DNA of 64,000 bases from a virus, in IMG/VR virus record IMGVR_UViG_3300008267_000003, positions 32,001 through 96,000 of that record, one strand, 5' to 3'. Of the stretch, positions 1 to 10,822 are shown in pieces. A program made the translations under genes and the position numbers. Within the stretch, counting starts at the first letter, position 1, and every line of letters starts with the position of its first letter. Under the pieces are notes generated by a model. That model was not told the origin of the DNA and made no database searches. It saw nothing but the letters and a program-made list of their open reading frames with translations.

Positions 1-1233
1 AATAAACCAAGATTTACAATCAATAACACTACTGTATTTGCCAGTGCTCAAAAAGTAGTTAGGGGTATTTTATCTCAGAAGGATAATGATGATACTGTTA
101 TTGTTAAGGATTCTAACGCCTCTAATTCTTCTTTCCTATTCCAAACAGGAAAAACAATTTTTGGTGATCGGAGTCAGTCATCAGCAGTCATATCCAGTAT
201 TGACAACTCTACTTTCAGTTTCGTAGAGCCTCATATAATGACAAATATCCCTCCTACAACATCAATAACACTTACGCAGAGAGCTGATAGGGTGTCTGGG
301 GCAGCATCTAACAATGCGATGTCATTTGGAGTATCTAATAAGACAGTAGCAGTATCCCAAATACGATCAAAGAGTAACGAAATTACTCAGCTATCTGGAG
401 CCAAATCATTCAAACTGTATGCTAGATTGACTCGTAACGCTGATACAGTATTGGTTGCCCCGGTTATCGATGTTAGTCCAGTTAGTATTCTCACTAAGAG
501 AAATATAATTAACAACAGCGCTGTTGATGAAACCACCTCCTACGGAAATTCGCAGGTTAGATATGTTTCAAGACGTGTTGTACTGGCTGACAAGTTGGAT
601 GCTGAGGACATGAGAGTTTATCTAACAGCATACAAACCCTCTGGATCCAGTATATTGGTGTATGGTAAGGTATTAAGTGGGGTTGACTCTGAAGACTTTG
701 AAAATAAGGATTGGACGCTTCTAGAACAAGTTACGGAAGCTAATCTGTACAGTGACAAGGCAAATGAGTACGATTACATAGAATATGAATACGCTCCTAA
801 ACTTTCTCCACCATCCTCTACTATTGACGGTAGAGTTCAAACGTATAGTAATACTACGTTAGTTGGTGTGGGTACAGACTTTACTTTACTAGCTGCAAAC
901 GACCTAGTTAAAATTGTTGGTTTTGATACCAACACCGACTATGAGGTTAATATTGTTAATTCGGTAGCAAACACTACAAGTTTAACTCTTAAGAACGCTC
1001 TTGGTCCTTATTCAAATACAACTGCCACTGGTTTGATTCTTGAAAAGATTACTCAACCTGGAGCCTCGTTCAAGTATGATGCTGGTGATGGAGCTATTTT
1101 AAGATATTATAACTCTTCAGGATCCTTGTATACCGGATACAAAACCTATGCTATCAAGGTTGTGTTGCTCTCTAGCTCAGAACATTTTCCTCCTATACTA
1201 AAGGATATTAGAGCGTTAGCGGTATCTCTATGA
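1..1233 (+). CDS. Large virion structural/baseplate-associated protein (VrlC/DUF4815-like), C-terminal part; 5'-truncated
   Basis: Frame is open from position 1 through the ORF-track start at 238. The C-terminus 'YAIKVVLLSS...PPILKDIRALAVSL' and 'YVSRRVVLAD...EDMRVYLTAYKP' are typical of this family in T4-like phages. Confidence 0.7.
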   Translation, partial: NKPRFTINNTTVFASAQKVVRGILSQKDNDDTVIVKDSNASNSSFLFQTGKTIFGDRSQSSAVISSIDNSTFSFVEPHIMTNIPPTTSITLTQRADRVSGAASNNAMSFGVSNKTVAVSQIRSKSNEITQLSGAKSFKLYARLTRNADTVLVAPVIDVSPVSILTKRNIINNSAVDETTSYGNSQVRYVSRRVVLADKLDAEDMRVYLTAYKPSGSSILVYGKVLSGVDSEDFENKDWTLLEQVTEANLYSDKANEYDYIEYEYAPKLSPPSSTIDGRVQTYSNTTLVGVGTDFTLLAANDLVKIVGFDTNTDYEVNIVNSVANTTSLTLKNALGPYSNTTATGLILEKITQPGASFKYDAGDGAILRYYNSSGSLYTGYKTYAIKVVLLSSSEHFPPILKDIRALAVSL

Positions 1234-1457
1234 CAATAAAGACTGAGATTGAGGGTTTCATAAGAGACCCAAAAAATAGTGCTCTAATAAATACAAATGC
1301 TACTGCTTACGTTCAATACAAAGAAAAGCGTAAGCAGCACCAGGATTACAGCACCCTAAAGAATGAAGTGGATAGTCTCAAGGAAGATTTAGGAAGTATA
1401 AAAACCATGTTACAAATTTTAATCCAAAGAGAGAATAATGGCTCTACCAACCGCTAA
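1230..1457 (+). CDS. Small coiled-coil protein typically following the VrlC-like gene
   Basis: 75 aa, overlaps upstream stop (ATGA); 'RDPKNSALINTN...EVDSLKEDLGSIKTML'. Confidence 0.7.
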   Translation: MTIKTEIEGFIRDPKNSALINTNATAYVQYKEKRKQHQDYSTLKNEVDSLKEDLGSIKTMLQILIQRENNGSTNR

Positions 1458-2529
1458 TTTAAATACATCAACTGATACGTTCCTCAATTGGTTTGATAAA
1501 ACTAATACGCTGCTTGATGCGTATTCCACTACGATTATAACTACAGCTGCTAATTCCTCTGGTGGTACAACAACTGGTAATGCTAGTCTTATTGGTATTT
1601 TCAATTCGAATACTGTTGCTGTAGGAACAGCGTTGAGAGGTGGTAACGTTACAACCAGCGCAGTGCTGACAGTGTCTAGTAACCTGTCAATTTCTGGTAA
1701 TACAATTTTTACCGGTAATGCTGATTTCTCTAATGACATATCCATCTCAGGTAATGCTGTTGTTACAGGTGCTTTGATTATCACTGGTGATATTACTGTA
1801 TCTGGATCGTTCTCTAAAGACACTGGAAATACTAACTTCAACAGTGGTGTATTGTTCATTGACTCGGTTAATAACCGCATTGGTATTAATAACACAGCTC
1901 CTGGTGTAGCTCTACGAGTTACTGGAGCTACTGACATCACAACTACTGCTAATGTTCAAGGAAACACCACTTTGGGTGGAACATTGTCAACAAATGGTGC
2001 TGCCAGTTTCTCTAACACTATGACTGTTGCTGGAAATACAACAATCACGAAAGACTTTGTTACCAACGCAAACACATATCTATCTGCTAATTTGTTTGTG
2101 ATTGCTGGAAGCTCAGTATCTGTAAATGCTCCTGCAACATTTACAGCTAACGTTGTTGTAGAAGAAAATACAACACTCCAAAGCAATGTTAGTATAGGTA
2201 ATATAGTTAATTTTGGTGTATCAAATTCAGACTTAGGAAGTAATACAACAAGTTATCTGACTCTGGTAAGCTTCCCCAAATCATCTCACAAAGGTGGTAA
2301 GTTTGTAATTAACATGAGCAGAGCAAATACTTCTCAGATGTCAGAGATGCTTCTTACTCATGATTCTAACGATAACACAAATATTACTGTATTCGGTACT
2401 GTTGTTTGCCCAACAACAACAGGTGAACTTGGTTCAATTACCGCAGCTATAAATAATGCTAATGTAGAATTACAAATACAACAAACCAATGCAAATACAG
2501 CTGTAAAAATTATAGCTCAACTATTCTAA
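1438..2529 (+). CDS. Tail fibre / virion structural protein
   Basis: Asn/Thr/Ser/Gly-rich beta-repeat sequence. N-terminal 'TDTFLNWFDKTN' motif; shares 'LFIDSVNNRIGINNTAP' module with the next gene. Confidence 0.7.
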   Translation: MALPTANLNTSTDTFLNWFDKTNTLLDAYSTTIITTAANSSGGTTTGNASLIGIFNSNTVAVGTALRGGNVTTSAVLTVSSNLSISGNTIFTGNADFSNDISISGNAVVTGALIITGDITVSGSFSKDTGNTNFNSGVLFIDSVNNRIGINNTAPGVALRVTGATDITTTANVQGNTTLGGTLSTNGAASFSNTMTVAGNTTITKDFVTNANTYLSANLFVIAGSSVSVNAPATFTANVVVEENTTLQSNVSIGNIVNFGVSNSDLGSNTTSYLTLVSFPKSSHKGGKFVINMSRANTSQMSEMLLTHDSNDNTNITVFGTVVCPTTTGELGSITAAINNANVELQIQQTNANTAVKIIAQLF

Positions 2530-2539
2530 CGGAATTTGA

Positions 2540-4906
2540 ATGGCTACCGCAAACACAAGATTTAAAACGCATTATGGATTACAAGCAAACTCAAACAGTT
2601 TTGTTGATGGTGACTTTACCATCAATGGTGATCTAGCCGTAAACGGTAGTATTGCTTTTCAAACCTTATCTGGACTTTCAGGCGACTTTTTTCCAAATGA
2701 AGATCAAAAGGCACTAGGCAATTCTTCACTCAGATGGAATCTTAGTGCATTTACAGCTAACGTAGGATCGACGTTTAATGTTGTTGGTGCCGCACAGATG
2801 GCTAACTCGCTTCAGGTAACCGGCCCTGTTACATTATCAAACACAATTGTTGTTACCGGAACTGCCAACGTTGTTGGATTCAATGCATCCGGTACTGCTA
2901 ATATATCTCAGAATTTTAACGTAGGTGGGTCTGCTAATGTTGGTGGCTATATCAACGCTGGTGGTAATGCTACGTTTGCATGTTCAATATTTAATCTAAC
3001 CACAAACAACACGTCAAACACTCTTACTATAAATGCAGCAAATGTAAACATTGATACAGGAGTGTTCTTTGTTGATGCTGTTAATAATAGAGTTGGTATT
3101 AATAATGCCGCTCCTGGTGTTGCTCTAAGAGTGACGGGAGATGTTGATGTATCAGGTGTTGCTAATATTCAAAGCGGAATGGTTATTGGTAATACGTTTA
3201 GTGTTACTGGAAATGTTTCTTTCGTGAATGGTTTGATTACGGCAAATCCTTCAGCTATAACAACAGGTTCTGCTAATCTCAACATAGACTCTGGTGTATT
3301 TTTTGTCGACTCGGTAAACAATAGAGTAGGAGTTAATAACACAGCTCCTGAATCAACATTGAGAGTGACTGGTGATGTTGATATTTCAACCACAGCAAAT
3401 GTTCAAGGGGATACAAACCTAAGAGGTAATCTAACGGTTAATGGTTCTGTAACCGTGCCTAATACAATTGCTGTTGGTAATACAACCGTAACTGGATTTA
3501 TCAATACATCATCAACAGCTAACGTTGGTGGTGCTGTAACACTACGAAGCACTCTAACTGTAAATGGTGCTGCAACCGTTGCAAATACATTAGCGGTTGG
3601 TAACACAGAGCTCACTGGTTATATTAACGTATCATCAACCGCAAATGTTGGTGGTGCTGCTACACTGAGAACTACTTTAACCGTAGATGGAAATTCCTCC
3701 ATATCAAACGGCCTGATTGTTTCAACAGTAAACAGTACAGCAAACTCTATCCAGTTTGGTGCAGGCAATGTTACGTTTGACACATCCGTTCTATTTGTAG
3801 ATTCTGTAAACAATCGTGTTGGTATCAACAATACAGTACCTTCTGTGGCACTAAGAGTAACAGGTGATGTAGATATTTCTGCATCAGCAAATGTACAAGG
3901 TCTCTTAACTGCTCGTGGTGGTCTTACAGTCAATGGTGTGTTAACCATAGCTAACACAGTGCTTGTTGGTAATACAGATATTGTTGGATTCATGAATGTA
4001 ACATCAACTGCTAACATTGGTGGTGCAACGAATCTAAGAAGCACTCTTGTGGTAAACGGTGCAGCCACAATTGCAAACACAATATCTGTTGGTAATACTG
4101 AGATTACTGGATACATCAACGCAACGTCTACAGCAAATGTTGGCGGTGCTACTAACTTAAGAAGTACATTGACAGTCAATGGTGCTGTTACAGTAGGCAA
4201 TACTCTTGCAGTAGGAAACACAACAATTACTGGTACAGCTAATGTATCAGGTAATGTTGGTTTAGTTGGATCGCTAATGACTGTGACCGACGATCAAAAA
4301 GTTACTATTGGCGCTGCAAATCTAGCTGTTGACACAAACGTACTTTTTGTAGATGCTACAAATAATAGAATTGGTATTAACAATTCAGCACCTACTGTAT
4401 CATTAACAATCACAGCCACAGATGGTATTCAAATTCCAGTCGGTAATACCACTCAACGCCCAACAGGTGCTGTAGGATTGTTTAGGTTTAATAATGAACT
4501 AACTAAGCCTGAGGTGTATTACAACAGTTCATGGAATACGTTTATTACATCAGGAGAGTTGGTAGGTAATTCAGAACCAATTCCAAATACACTAGCGTTC
4601 CGTGATACCAATGCTGATATATACGCAAATAATTTCTACTCAATATCTGACGTAGTTTTAAAAGAAAATATACATAATATTAACGACCCATTAAAGATTC
4701 TTTCACTAACGGGTAAAGAGTACAATTTTAAAGGAGCATCTAGAAAGCAGTATGGATTTGTTGCTCAAGATGTGGAAAAGATTATACCAGAAATTGTAGA
4801 TAAAAAAGGATCGCTAAAGGCTATCAACTACATTCAAATCATAGCTATGCTAGTCGAGACAGTCAAGCACTTGGATAAGAGAATCAGTGACCTGGAGCGT
4901 GACTGA
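2540..4906 (+). CDS. Tail fibre with C-terminal intramolecular chaperone (peptidase S74) domain
   Basis: Internal repeats ('NVGGA.TLRSTLTVNGA', 'FVDxVNNRVGINN'). C-terminal 'SDVVLKENI...YGFVAQDVEKIIPEIV...INYIQIIAMLVETVK' is the S74 signature. Confidence 0.85.
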   Translation: MATANTRFKTHYGLQANSNSFVDGDFTINGDLAVNGSIAFQTLSGLSGDFFPNEDQKALGNSSLRWNLSAFTANVGSTFNVVGAAQMANSLQVTGPVTLSNTIVVTGTANVVGFNASGTANISQNFNVGGSANVGGYINAGGNATFACSIFNLTTNNTSNTLTINAANVNIDTGVFFVDAVNNRVGINNAAPGVALRVTGDVDVSGVANIQSGMVIGNTFSVTGNVSFVNGLITANPSAITTGSANLNIDSGVFFVDSVNNRVGVNNTAPESTLRVTGDVDISTTANVQGDTNLRGNLTVNGSVTVPNTIAVGNTTVTGFINTSSTANVGGAVTLRSTLTVNGAATVANTLAVGNTELTGYINVSSTANVGGAATLRTTLTVDGNSSISNGLIVSTVNSTANSIQFGAGNVTFDTSVLFVDSVNNRVGINNTVPSVALRVTGDVDISASANVQGLLTARGGLTVNGVLTIANTVLVGNTDIVGFMNVTSTANIGGATNLRSTLVVNGAATIANTISVGNTEITGYINATSTANVGGATNLRSTLTVNGAVTVGNTLAVGNTTITGTANVSGNVGLVGSLMTVTDDQKVTIGAANLAVDTNVLFVDATNNRIGINNSAPTVSLTITATDGIQIPVGNTTQRPTGAVGLFRFNNELTKPEVYYNSSWNTFITSGELVGNSEPIPNTLAFRDTNADIYANNFYSISDVVLKENIHNINDPLKILSLTGKEYNFKGASRKQYGFVAQDVEKIIPEIVDKKGSLKAINYIQIIAMLVETVKHLDKRISDLERD

Positions 4907-6126
4907 TGGCGTATGGTACTAAATGTGGTGAAAACATAACAAATATTTTCCTCACAGAAGAAGAGTTGTTAGATTCTGTTACATTGGGTCATATTTTTGC
5001 AACCAGAAATTTGGCGGGGTACGTAGCTGATGATATTACTGGGTATACTTATGGTGTAGAAAGTATAGCTAAGGGCTCGACTAGTAGCCACCTTGCTTTT
5101 TTCCAATGTTTTCCAGACACCGGTGCTTCTTCTGTTTATAGAATAGGAATCACAGGTTGTAATGAACACGGACAACTTGGTAACCTTAGCACTGTATCAT
5201 GTAAAGCAGAAGTAACTATTAATCCGGTAACAAATCCTATTGATTGCTTGGACCATGTGTGTGCTGCAATGGGGTCGGCTCACACTCTTTCCGTCAAAGT
5301 TGACGGTTCTTTGTGGGCCTGGGGTAGAAACAACTGTAACCAGCTTGGCGAAGCTACAACAATATCAAGGAGCTCCCCTGTTCAAGTATCACTAAGTGGG
5401 TGGAAGAGGGTTGCAGGAGGAGAGTTTAGCTCCTTTGCAATCTCTAGTAATAACAGCCTATATGCCTGGGGTGATTCCAGATATGGTCAATCCGGAATAC
5501 CTTCCGTATCAACTTCATCATTATCTACTCCAACTTTTGTTGGTAGTGGATATAAGTGTGTGTCTGCGGGTTCTGGATTTGCGGTTGCATTGAAGACAGA
5601 CAATACCCTTTGGGTATGGGGTAATAATCCTGATGGACGGCTAGGTCTTGGTGACACTATAAACCGTAGTTCTCCTGTTCAAATATGCCCTAACAAGTTG
5701 TGGAAAAAAGTGAGTGCAGGACCTACTCAAGTTGCGGCTATAGATATGGATGGAAATATATATGTGTGGGGATATAATTGTAGGAATAACCTTGGTCTTG
5801 GTATAACTACTGCTCAATGTATCAGCTGCCCTGTACAGCTTACATCGCCACTCAGGTGGAGAGATGTGTCTATAAATAATCAAGCTGCTAGTGGAATTAC
5901 AACTGAAGGTGCTATATATGTGTGGGGCTCAAACTCCAACAACATGCTGGGTCTTGGTTGTTTTGATACGGCATTCATTGCAACAAGTCCAACTATTCTA
6001 TTCAGGCCGACGGGTGTAAGTGACAATTGTCCTGTACCATGGCAGTATAATGATGTGGAAGCTGTAAATGTTAGTACAGATAATATATCTTTCCTTACAA
6101 AAAAAATGCACTATATTTCATATTAA
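4906..6126 (+). CDS. RCC1-repeat beta-propeller protein
   Basis: Repeated 'LWAWGxNxxGQLG...RSSPVQ' motifs. Confidence 0.85.
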   Translation: MAYGTKCGENITNIFLTEEELLDSVTLGHIFATRNLAGYVADDITGYTYGVESIAKGSTSSHLAFFQCFPDTGASSVYRIGITGCNEHGQLGNLSTVSCKAEVTINPVTNPIDCLDHVCAAMGSAHTLSVKVDGSLWAWGRNNCNQLGEATTISRSSPVQVSLSGWKRVAGGEFSSFAISSNNSLYAWGDSRYGQSGIPSVSTSSLSTPTFVGSGYKCVSAGSGFAVALKTDNTLWVWGNNPDGRLGLGDTINRSSPVQICPNKLWKKVSAGPTQVAAIDMDGNIYVWGYNCRNNLGLGITTAQCISCPVQLTSPLRWRDVSINNQAASGITTEGAIYVWGSNSNNMLGLGCFDTAFIATSPTILFRPTGVSDNCPVPWQYNDVEAVNVSTDNISFLTKKMHYISY

Positions 6127-6150
6127 AGAATTAATTAGGAGTTCTACTTA

Positions 6151-6783
6151 ATGTACGTAATTACTCAGCATAATAAAATACTACTTGGTCCGGTGGAGTG
6201 GAATGCGTCATATATAGCATCTGTTCTCCAGAACGATCTTGATCTATCGCAGCGACCTACGGTACTACCATCAGATATGTTTAAAGTACCCTATTACATC
6301 CTACCTGAAATATATGTAAGAAATGCTGTTGTGAATAAACCAGAATACAACCCTAAAATTCAAAAGTTTGGTGGAACTACATGGACATTTGATGAGAACA
6401 ACGGGTATGCATCACACACCATAATAGATAAAGAGCTAGACGAGGTTAAGGGTGAACTTAAAAATGCAGTAGCTGCTAAGAGATGGGATAAAGAACAAGC
6501 TGGTACTACTGCTTCAATTAACAATCAAGATATTAGTATACCAACATCACGAGATCAAAGACGTGTTTACACGGATAAATTATTGGCTATGCGGGATGAA
6601 GATACATCTATGTGGAAATTTGAAGAGACATGGATATCTCTCACCAAACAGAATTTATTAGAGATTGTTAGAGCTATAGATACATCGGTTCAAGGTGCAT
6701 TTGATTGGGAAATTGAAAAGTGTAGTGAAATTGATTCATGCACCACACTTCAGCAGCTGGATCAAGTAAATTTAGATGGCTAA
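6151..6783 (+). CDS. DUF4376-like tail fibre assembly/chaperone protein
   Basis: 'AAKRWDKEQAG...WKFEETWISLT...VQGAFDWE...EIDSCTTL'; AGGAG RBS. Confidence 0.65.
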   Translation: MYVITQHNKILLGPVEWNASYIASVLQNDLDLSQRPTVLPSDMFKVPYYILPEIYVRNAVVNKPEYNPKIQKFGGTTWTFDENNGYASHTIIDKELDEVKGELKNAVAAKRWDKEQAGTTASINNQDISIPTSRDQRRVYTDKLLAMRDEDTSMWKFEETWISLTKQNLLEIVRAIDTSVQGAFDWEIEKCSEIDSCTTLQQLDQVNLDG

Positions 6784-8128
6784 CAATACAAACTACAAAC
6801 TTAGTAATGTAGACCTAAGCAATTGCTTGGTTACTCGTGACTATTTTAACAGTATCTACAACTCTTTAACTCCATCGTACAAACGAAATGTTCTTTGGGC
6901 ATGGGGATACCTTCCAGCTTCTATGAATGAATCTGGTGGCAACTATCAGGCAGACGATCCTTATATTGTTAAGCCTGCAGTTAGATGTGGTATGTACCCA
7001 ACATCATGGAAAGATTTTCACTTGTCCTCCCATTCTACTTTTAATAACGCAAGACTGTTAGATAATCAGGGAAAGTTATTTTTATGGGGTTGTTTTACTG
7101 GTCTAATTTGGAATGCAAATGCGACTACGGGAGGAACTAGCTTTACATCACCATCAGGTAGTAATAGCACGTCTCTTATAGAAAACTGTTCTTTCTATAA
7201 TTCAATTGTTAAATTGGGTAGTGATCACTCTCAAGGCCAGGTGTCTTATATCACTGTTAGTGAAACATCTTTCGGTGATTATACCTATCGGGCATGGGGT
7301 AATAATTGTTTTGGACAATTGGGTACTGATGCAAGCTTACCAACAGTTACAAACGTATGGCCACCCATCACGGTGGCTTGTACTTGTGCAACAACTAAAT
7401 CAAGTTTGGTGTGTGATACTTGTATAGATGTGTATAGTGGTCATATGATTAGTTCCGGTAACTTGTATTATTGGGGTAATAATAATAATGCAGCTAGCAG
7501 GAGATCAAGACCAGTTGTAGTTTCCAGTATATGTGGATCTGCTAATAATGTAAGTGATTATTGTGCAAGTAGAGCTACTGTTGGTGTAGTACTTAAAGAC
7601 ATAACAGGTGAAATAAATACCAACTTGTTAGTATTGATGGGTTATAATGATAAGGGACAGCTAGGAAGCAGTACAACAATCAATAGGATAGGTTATACAA
7701 ACACTTGTTTTGCAAATACCAATCCGGCTCTCTGTGTAAGAAGTTTTAGTTTAGGCGTTTGTTCTTCATTTGCTGTGGCAAGTAATGGTACTCTATGGGC
7801 GTGGGGGGACAACACATACGGTCAACTTGGTACAAATAGAACTGTTGGAACTTCATGTCCAATCCAAAGTATAGACAAGAACGACAATTGGAGATATGTA
7901 ACAACAAATTCAATGGGCACAGCCGTAGCAGCAATTAGAAACGATGGAACACTGTGGGTGTGGGGTGATGTTTCTAATGTGCAGGGTTCTGCTCTTGAAA
8001 GTGTGAGACGTAGCTCACCGGTACAGGTTGGCACAAAGAAAAATTGGGTTAAGGTTTCTATCCAAGGATGTAGAGGAGACTTGGCAAGTCCTAATCACAT
8101 GGTAGGTATAACAGAGGAGAACATTTAA
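6776..8128 (+). CDS. RCC1-repeat protein, Cys-rich
   Basis: 'WAWGDNTYGQLG', 'RRSSPVQVG' motifs. Confidence 0.8.
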   Translation: MANNTNYKLSNVDLSNCLVTRDYFNSIYNSLTPSYKRNVLWAWGYLPASMNESGGNYQADDPYIVKPAVRCGMYPTSWKDFHLSSHSTFNNARLLDNQGKLFLWGCFTGLIWNANATTGGTSFTSPSGSNSTSLIENCSFYNSIVKLGSDHSQGQVSYITVSETSFGDYTYRAWGNNCFGQLGTDASLPTVTNVWPPITVACTCATTKSSLVCDTCIDVYSGHMISSGNLYYWGNNNNAASRRSRPVVVSSICGSANNVSDYCASRATVGVVLKDITGEINTNLLVLMGYNDKGQLGSSTTINRIGYTNTCFANTNPALCVRSFSLGVCSSFAVASNGTLWAWGDNTYGQLGTNRTVGTSCPIQSIDKNDNWRYVTTNSMGTAVAAIRNDGTLWVWGDVSNVQGSALESVRRSSPVQVGTKKNWVKVSIQGCRGDLASPNHMVGITEENI

Positions 8129-10125
8129 TGTCTTCTAATCCTACAGGTTTTAAGATATATTGTGGGACTGAATATCCCGCAACAAGAGACTACTATGATC
8201 TTGATGATTTGTTCATTCGTAAAGATACATTTACCAGAGGCGGTCTTTGGGTTTGGGGTAGTGGATTAGGTGGCCAGCTTGGAAATGACTTGACAACAAG
8301 TAGATCTTCTCCTGTTCAAACTTGTATCAGAGGTAGCAGATGGCGTAAAGTGTGTCTTTCAAAACATGATGGTCACTTTGCTATTGCTTTATCTTCTACT
8401 GGTCAAGTCTGGGGATGGGGATGTAATGATACTTATCAGTTAGCTGATGGAACAACTGGTGATTATCTTTGTCCTAGAAGGTTAGTTGCTAAAGATAATA
8501 TAAGCGTTATATCAGCCGGTGGAGCTTCAGCAACTGCATATTCACCCGGAGTAGATCTTGAACAAACCGGATATGGTGCCCCAGTCACAGCACCAGGTCA
8601 CACAAATGGAGAAACGTGTAGATTTGTATGGGGATGTGTTGAAGGTTGTAGAGGTGGTTATGATTCCGAAACCATTTGTTCTTTGTCTAGTTTCAATAAC
8701 TGTGCTGACGTCGATAAAAAATGGGTTGATATATCCATGGGTAATAGATTTGGTGTTGGTATAATAGACAATTGCATTACATCAACACAAAGCGAGGATT
8801 TCAGTGCAGTTCCAGGTAACTTAGTAGAGTGGGGTGCGGGTAGACCATCAGCTTGCTATCTTGATCTTACACGAACAGTTTACTCAAGAAACTATACCGG
8901 TACTGGGCTCACACGAATCAGTTGCTCTACTGGCAATGGTAACAATACACTTGCTCTTTCTAATGATTATACAATTGAATTCTACACCTGTATGACAGGA
9001 ATAATTAACGAATGTGCACAGGTTGTATTTGACATGAGATGTCCATTTACAGTAAGCTCTTGTCCTGGTACCTACATGCCTAGCATTCAAATAGGAACTA
9101 CCCAGTGTCTTCATTTCCAGGTTAGATTAGCAAATGGAACAACTTCATTTGCCAATTCAACTTTAAGGTTAGGTAGTGAGAGGTGGTATCATGTTGCCGC
9201 TTCAAGAATAGGTAATACAACCCAGTTTTATGTGGATGGAACCAGGTATGGGAGTATATGTGATAATTTTAGTCATGCAAATACCTGTATAACAATTGGT
9301 GCTGATGGCTCCAACGCATCTATTACAGGTGATTGCTACAAGGGCAGTCTTTCAAACATAAGAATTATTAAGGGTGCAGGTATTTACAATGGAGCTACAA
9401 TAGATGTACCAAAGCCTCCTCTGACACTAGTTTCTAACGCCACAGCTAATACATCCTTGCTATTAAATGCAAATTCTCCATCAGCTCAAGAATCACTAAA
9501 TTGTTATAATATTACCGATGTAGCTGCCACATGCTCGTTGGAAATTTTCAACATAGAATCACATACAACATACACACTGTCTAGTGATTCGTGGAAGAGC
9601 GTATCTGCTGGAAATACACATGCTGTAGGCTTGAAGTGTGATGGTACTTTGTGGGTTTGGGGATGCAATCACAAAGGTCAGCTTGGTACAGGAGATACGG
9701 TAGATAGATCTCGTCCAGTCCAGGTTGGAACATCTAATAATTGGACTGCAATAACTGCTGGATGCAATTTCTCAGCAGCAATATTAGCTGGTTCTTTTAA
9801 ATTTAATGCTGCAGTACTATATACATGGGGTGAAAATACAGACGGTCAGCTTGGTATAAACACAACAACAGACCGCTCATCACCTACACAGATCACTAGT
9901 AGCTGTACTAGCTGGAAAAAAATAAGCGGTGGTGATTCTCACTTTGCTGCCATACAAACGGACGGTACTATTTGGGCGTGGGGTTCAAATCAATTTGGCG
10001 AGCTTGGAAGAGGAGATAGGGTCAATAGATCATCTCCTGTTCAGGTATTAGGTAATACTTCAGGGTGGTATGATGTTAGTGCAGGACAGTGTGCAACTTC
10101 AGGATTAAGAGAAGACGCCTGGTAA
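8128..10125 (+). CDS. RCC1-repeat protein with inserted LamG/concanavalin-like domain
   Basis: RCC1 motifs at both ends; middle 'DYTIEFY...WYHVAASR...FYVDG...GSLSNIRIIKG' is LamG-like. Confidence 0.8.
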   Translation: MSSNPTGFKIYCGTEYPATRDYYDLDDLFIRKDTFTRGGLWVWGSGLGGQLGNDLTTSRSSPVQTCIRGSRWRKVCLSKHDGHFAIALSSTGQVWGWGCNDTYQLADGTTGDYLCPRRLVAKDNISVISAGGASATAYSPGVDLEQTGYGAPVTAPGHTNGETCRFVWGCVEGCRGGYDSETICSLSSFNNCADVDKKWVDISMGNRFGVGIIDNCITSTQSEDFSAVPGNLVEWGAGRPSACYLDLTRTVYSRNYTGTGLTRISCSTGNGNNTLALSNDYTIEFYTCMTGIINECAQVVFDMRCPFTVSSCPGTYMPSIQIGTTQCLHFQVRLANGTTSFANSTLRLGSERWYHVAASRIGNTTQFYVDGTRYGSICDNFSHANTCITIGADGSNASITGDCYKGSLSNIRIIKGAGIYNGATIDVPKPPLTLVSNATANTSLLLNANSPSAQESLNCYNITDVAATCSLEIFNIESHTTYTLSSDSWKSVSAGNTHAVGLKCDGTLWVWGCNHKGQLGTGDTVDRSRPVQVGTSNNWTAITAGCNFSAAILAGSFKFNAAVLYTWGENTDGQLGINTTTDRSSPTQITSSCTSWKKISGGDSHFAAIQTDGTIWAWGSNQFGELGRGDRVNRSSPVQVLGNTSGWYDVSAGQCATSGLREDAW

Positions 10126-10144
10126 CATATTTTTATTTTATATT

Positions 10145-10822
10145 ATGAATAAATGCATATTTACATCCTTTAACAGTCAAATACGATCAAGTCTAGTTCA
10201 GGCTAATCATGATGTATTGCTAAAGTTAATAACCAACACTGATATCCATTACAAACCTCTATACTATCCACACAGTAATCAAGAATTAGTTCACGGACAA
10301 ATATTAGACATCTTCATTCCAAAACTTCTGGAAGAATATGATAATGTTTTAGTTATTGATATTGATTGTATCCCTCTATCGAGAACATCTCTCAAAAAAG
10401 CTTTCAGTATTATTGAGCAGGGTTATCTGTTTGGGTGCGCTCAAAGATCTTTGCATATTAACAATAATCAACACATATACATTGGGTCCCCGTGTATCGG
10501 CTTTTCTAAACAAACATTTAACAAACTAGGTTCTCCTTCCTTTCTCCCTACAGATCGTGGTGATACAGCTGAAGAGTTGACTTACATGGCTGAATCCAAT
10601 ATAATCCCTTTACAGATTCTCATGCCTTCTAAATATGAGTCTGACTCTTATGATGGCACTCAGTGGGATCTTGGTACCGGTAAGCCTAAGTATGGTATAG
10701 GTACTACTTTTGTGAATGATCAGGGAGAGGAGATGTTTTACCATCTCTTCGAAAGTAGACGACTTGTCCATGATTATCTGTTTATTAATAAATGTAAAGA
10801 AGTGTTAAAATATGCATCTTGA
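10145..10822 (+). CDS. Putative glycosyltransferase (GT-A fold)
   Basis: 'VLVIDIDCIP' DxD motif; first gene of the glycosylation cluster. Confidence 0.55.
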   Translation: MNKCIFTSFNSQIRSSLVQANHDVLLKLITNTDIHYKPLYYPHSNQELVHGQILDIFIPKLLEEYDNVLVIDIDCIPLSRTSLKKAFSIIEQGYLFGCAQRSLHINNNQHIYIGSPCIGFSKQTFNKLGSPSFLPTDRGDTAEELTYMAESNIIPLQILMPSKYESDSYDGTQWDLGTGKPKYGIGTTFVNDQGEEMFYHLFESRRLVHDYLFINKCKEVLKYAS

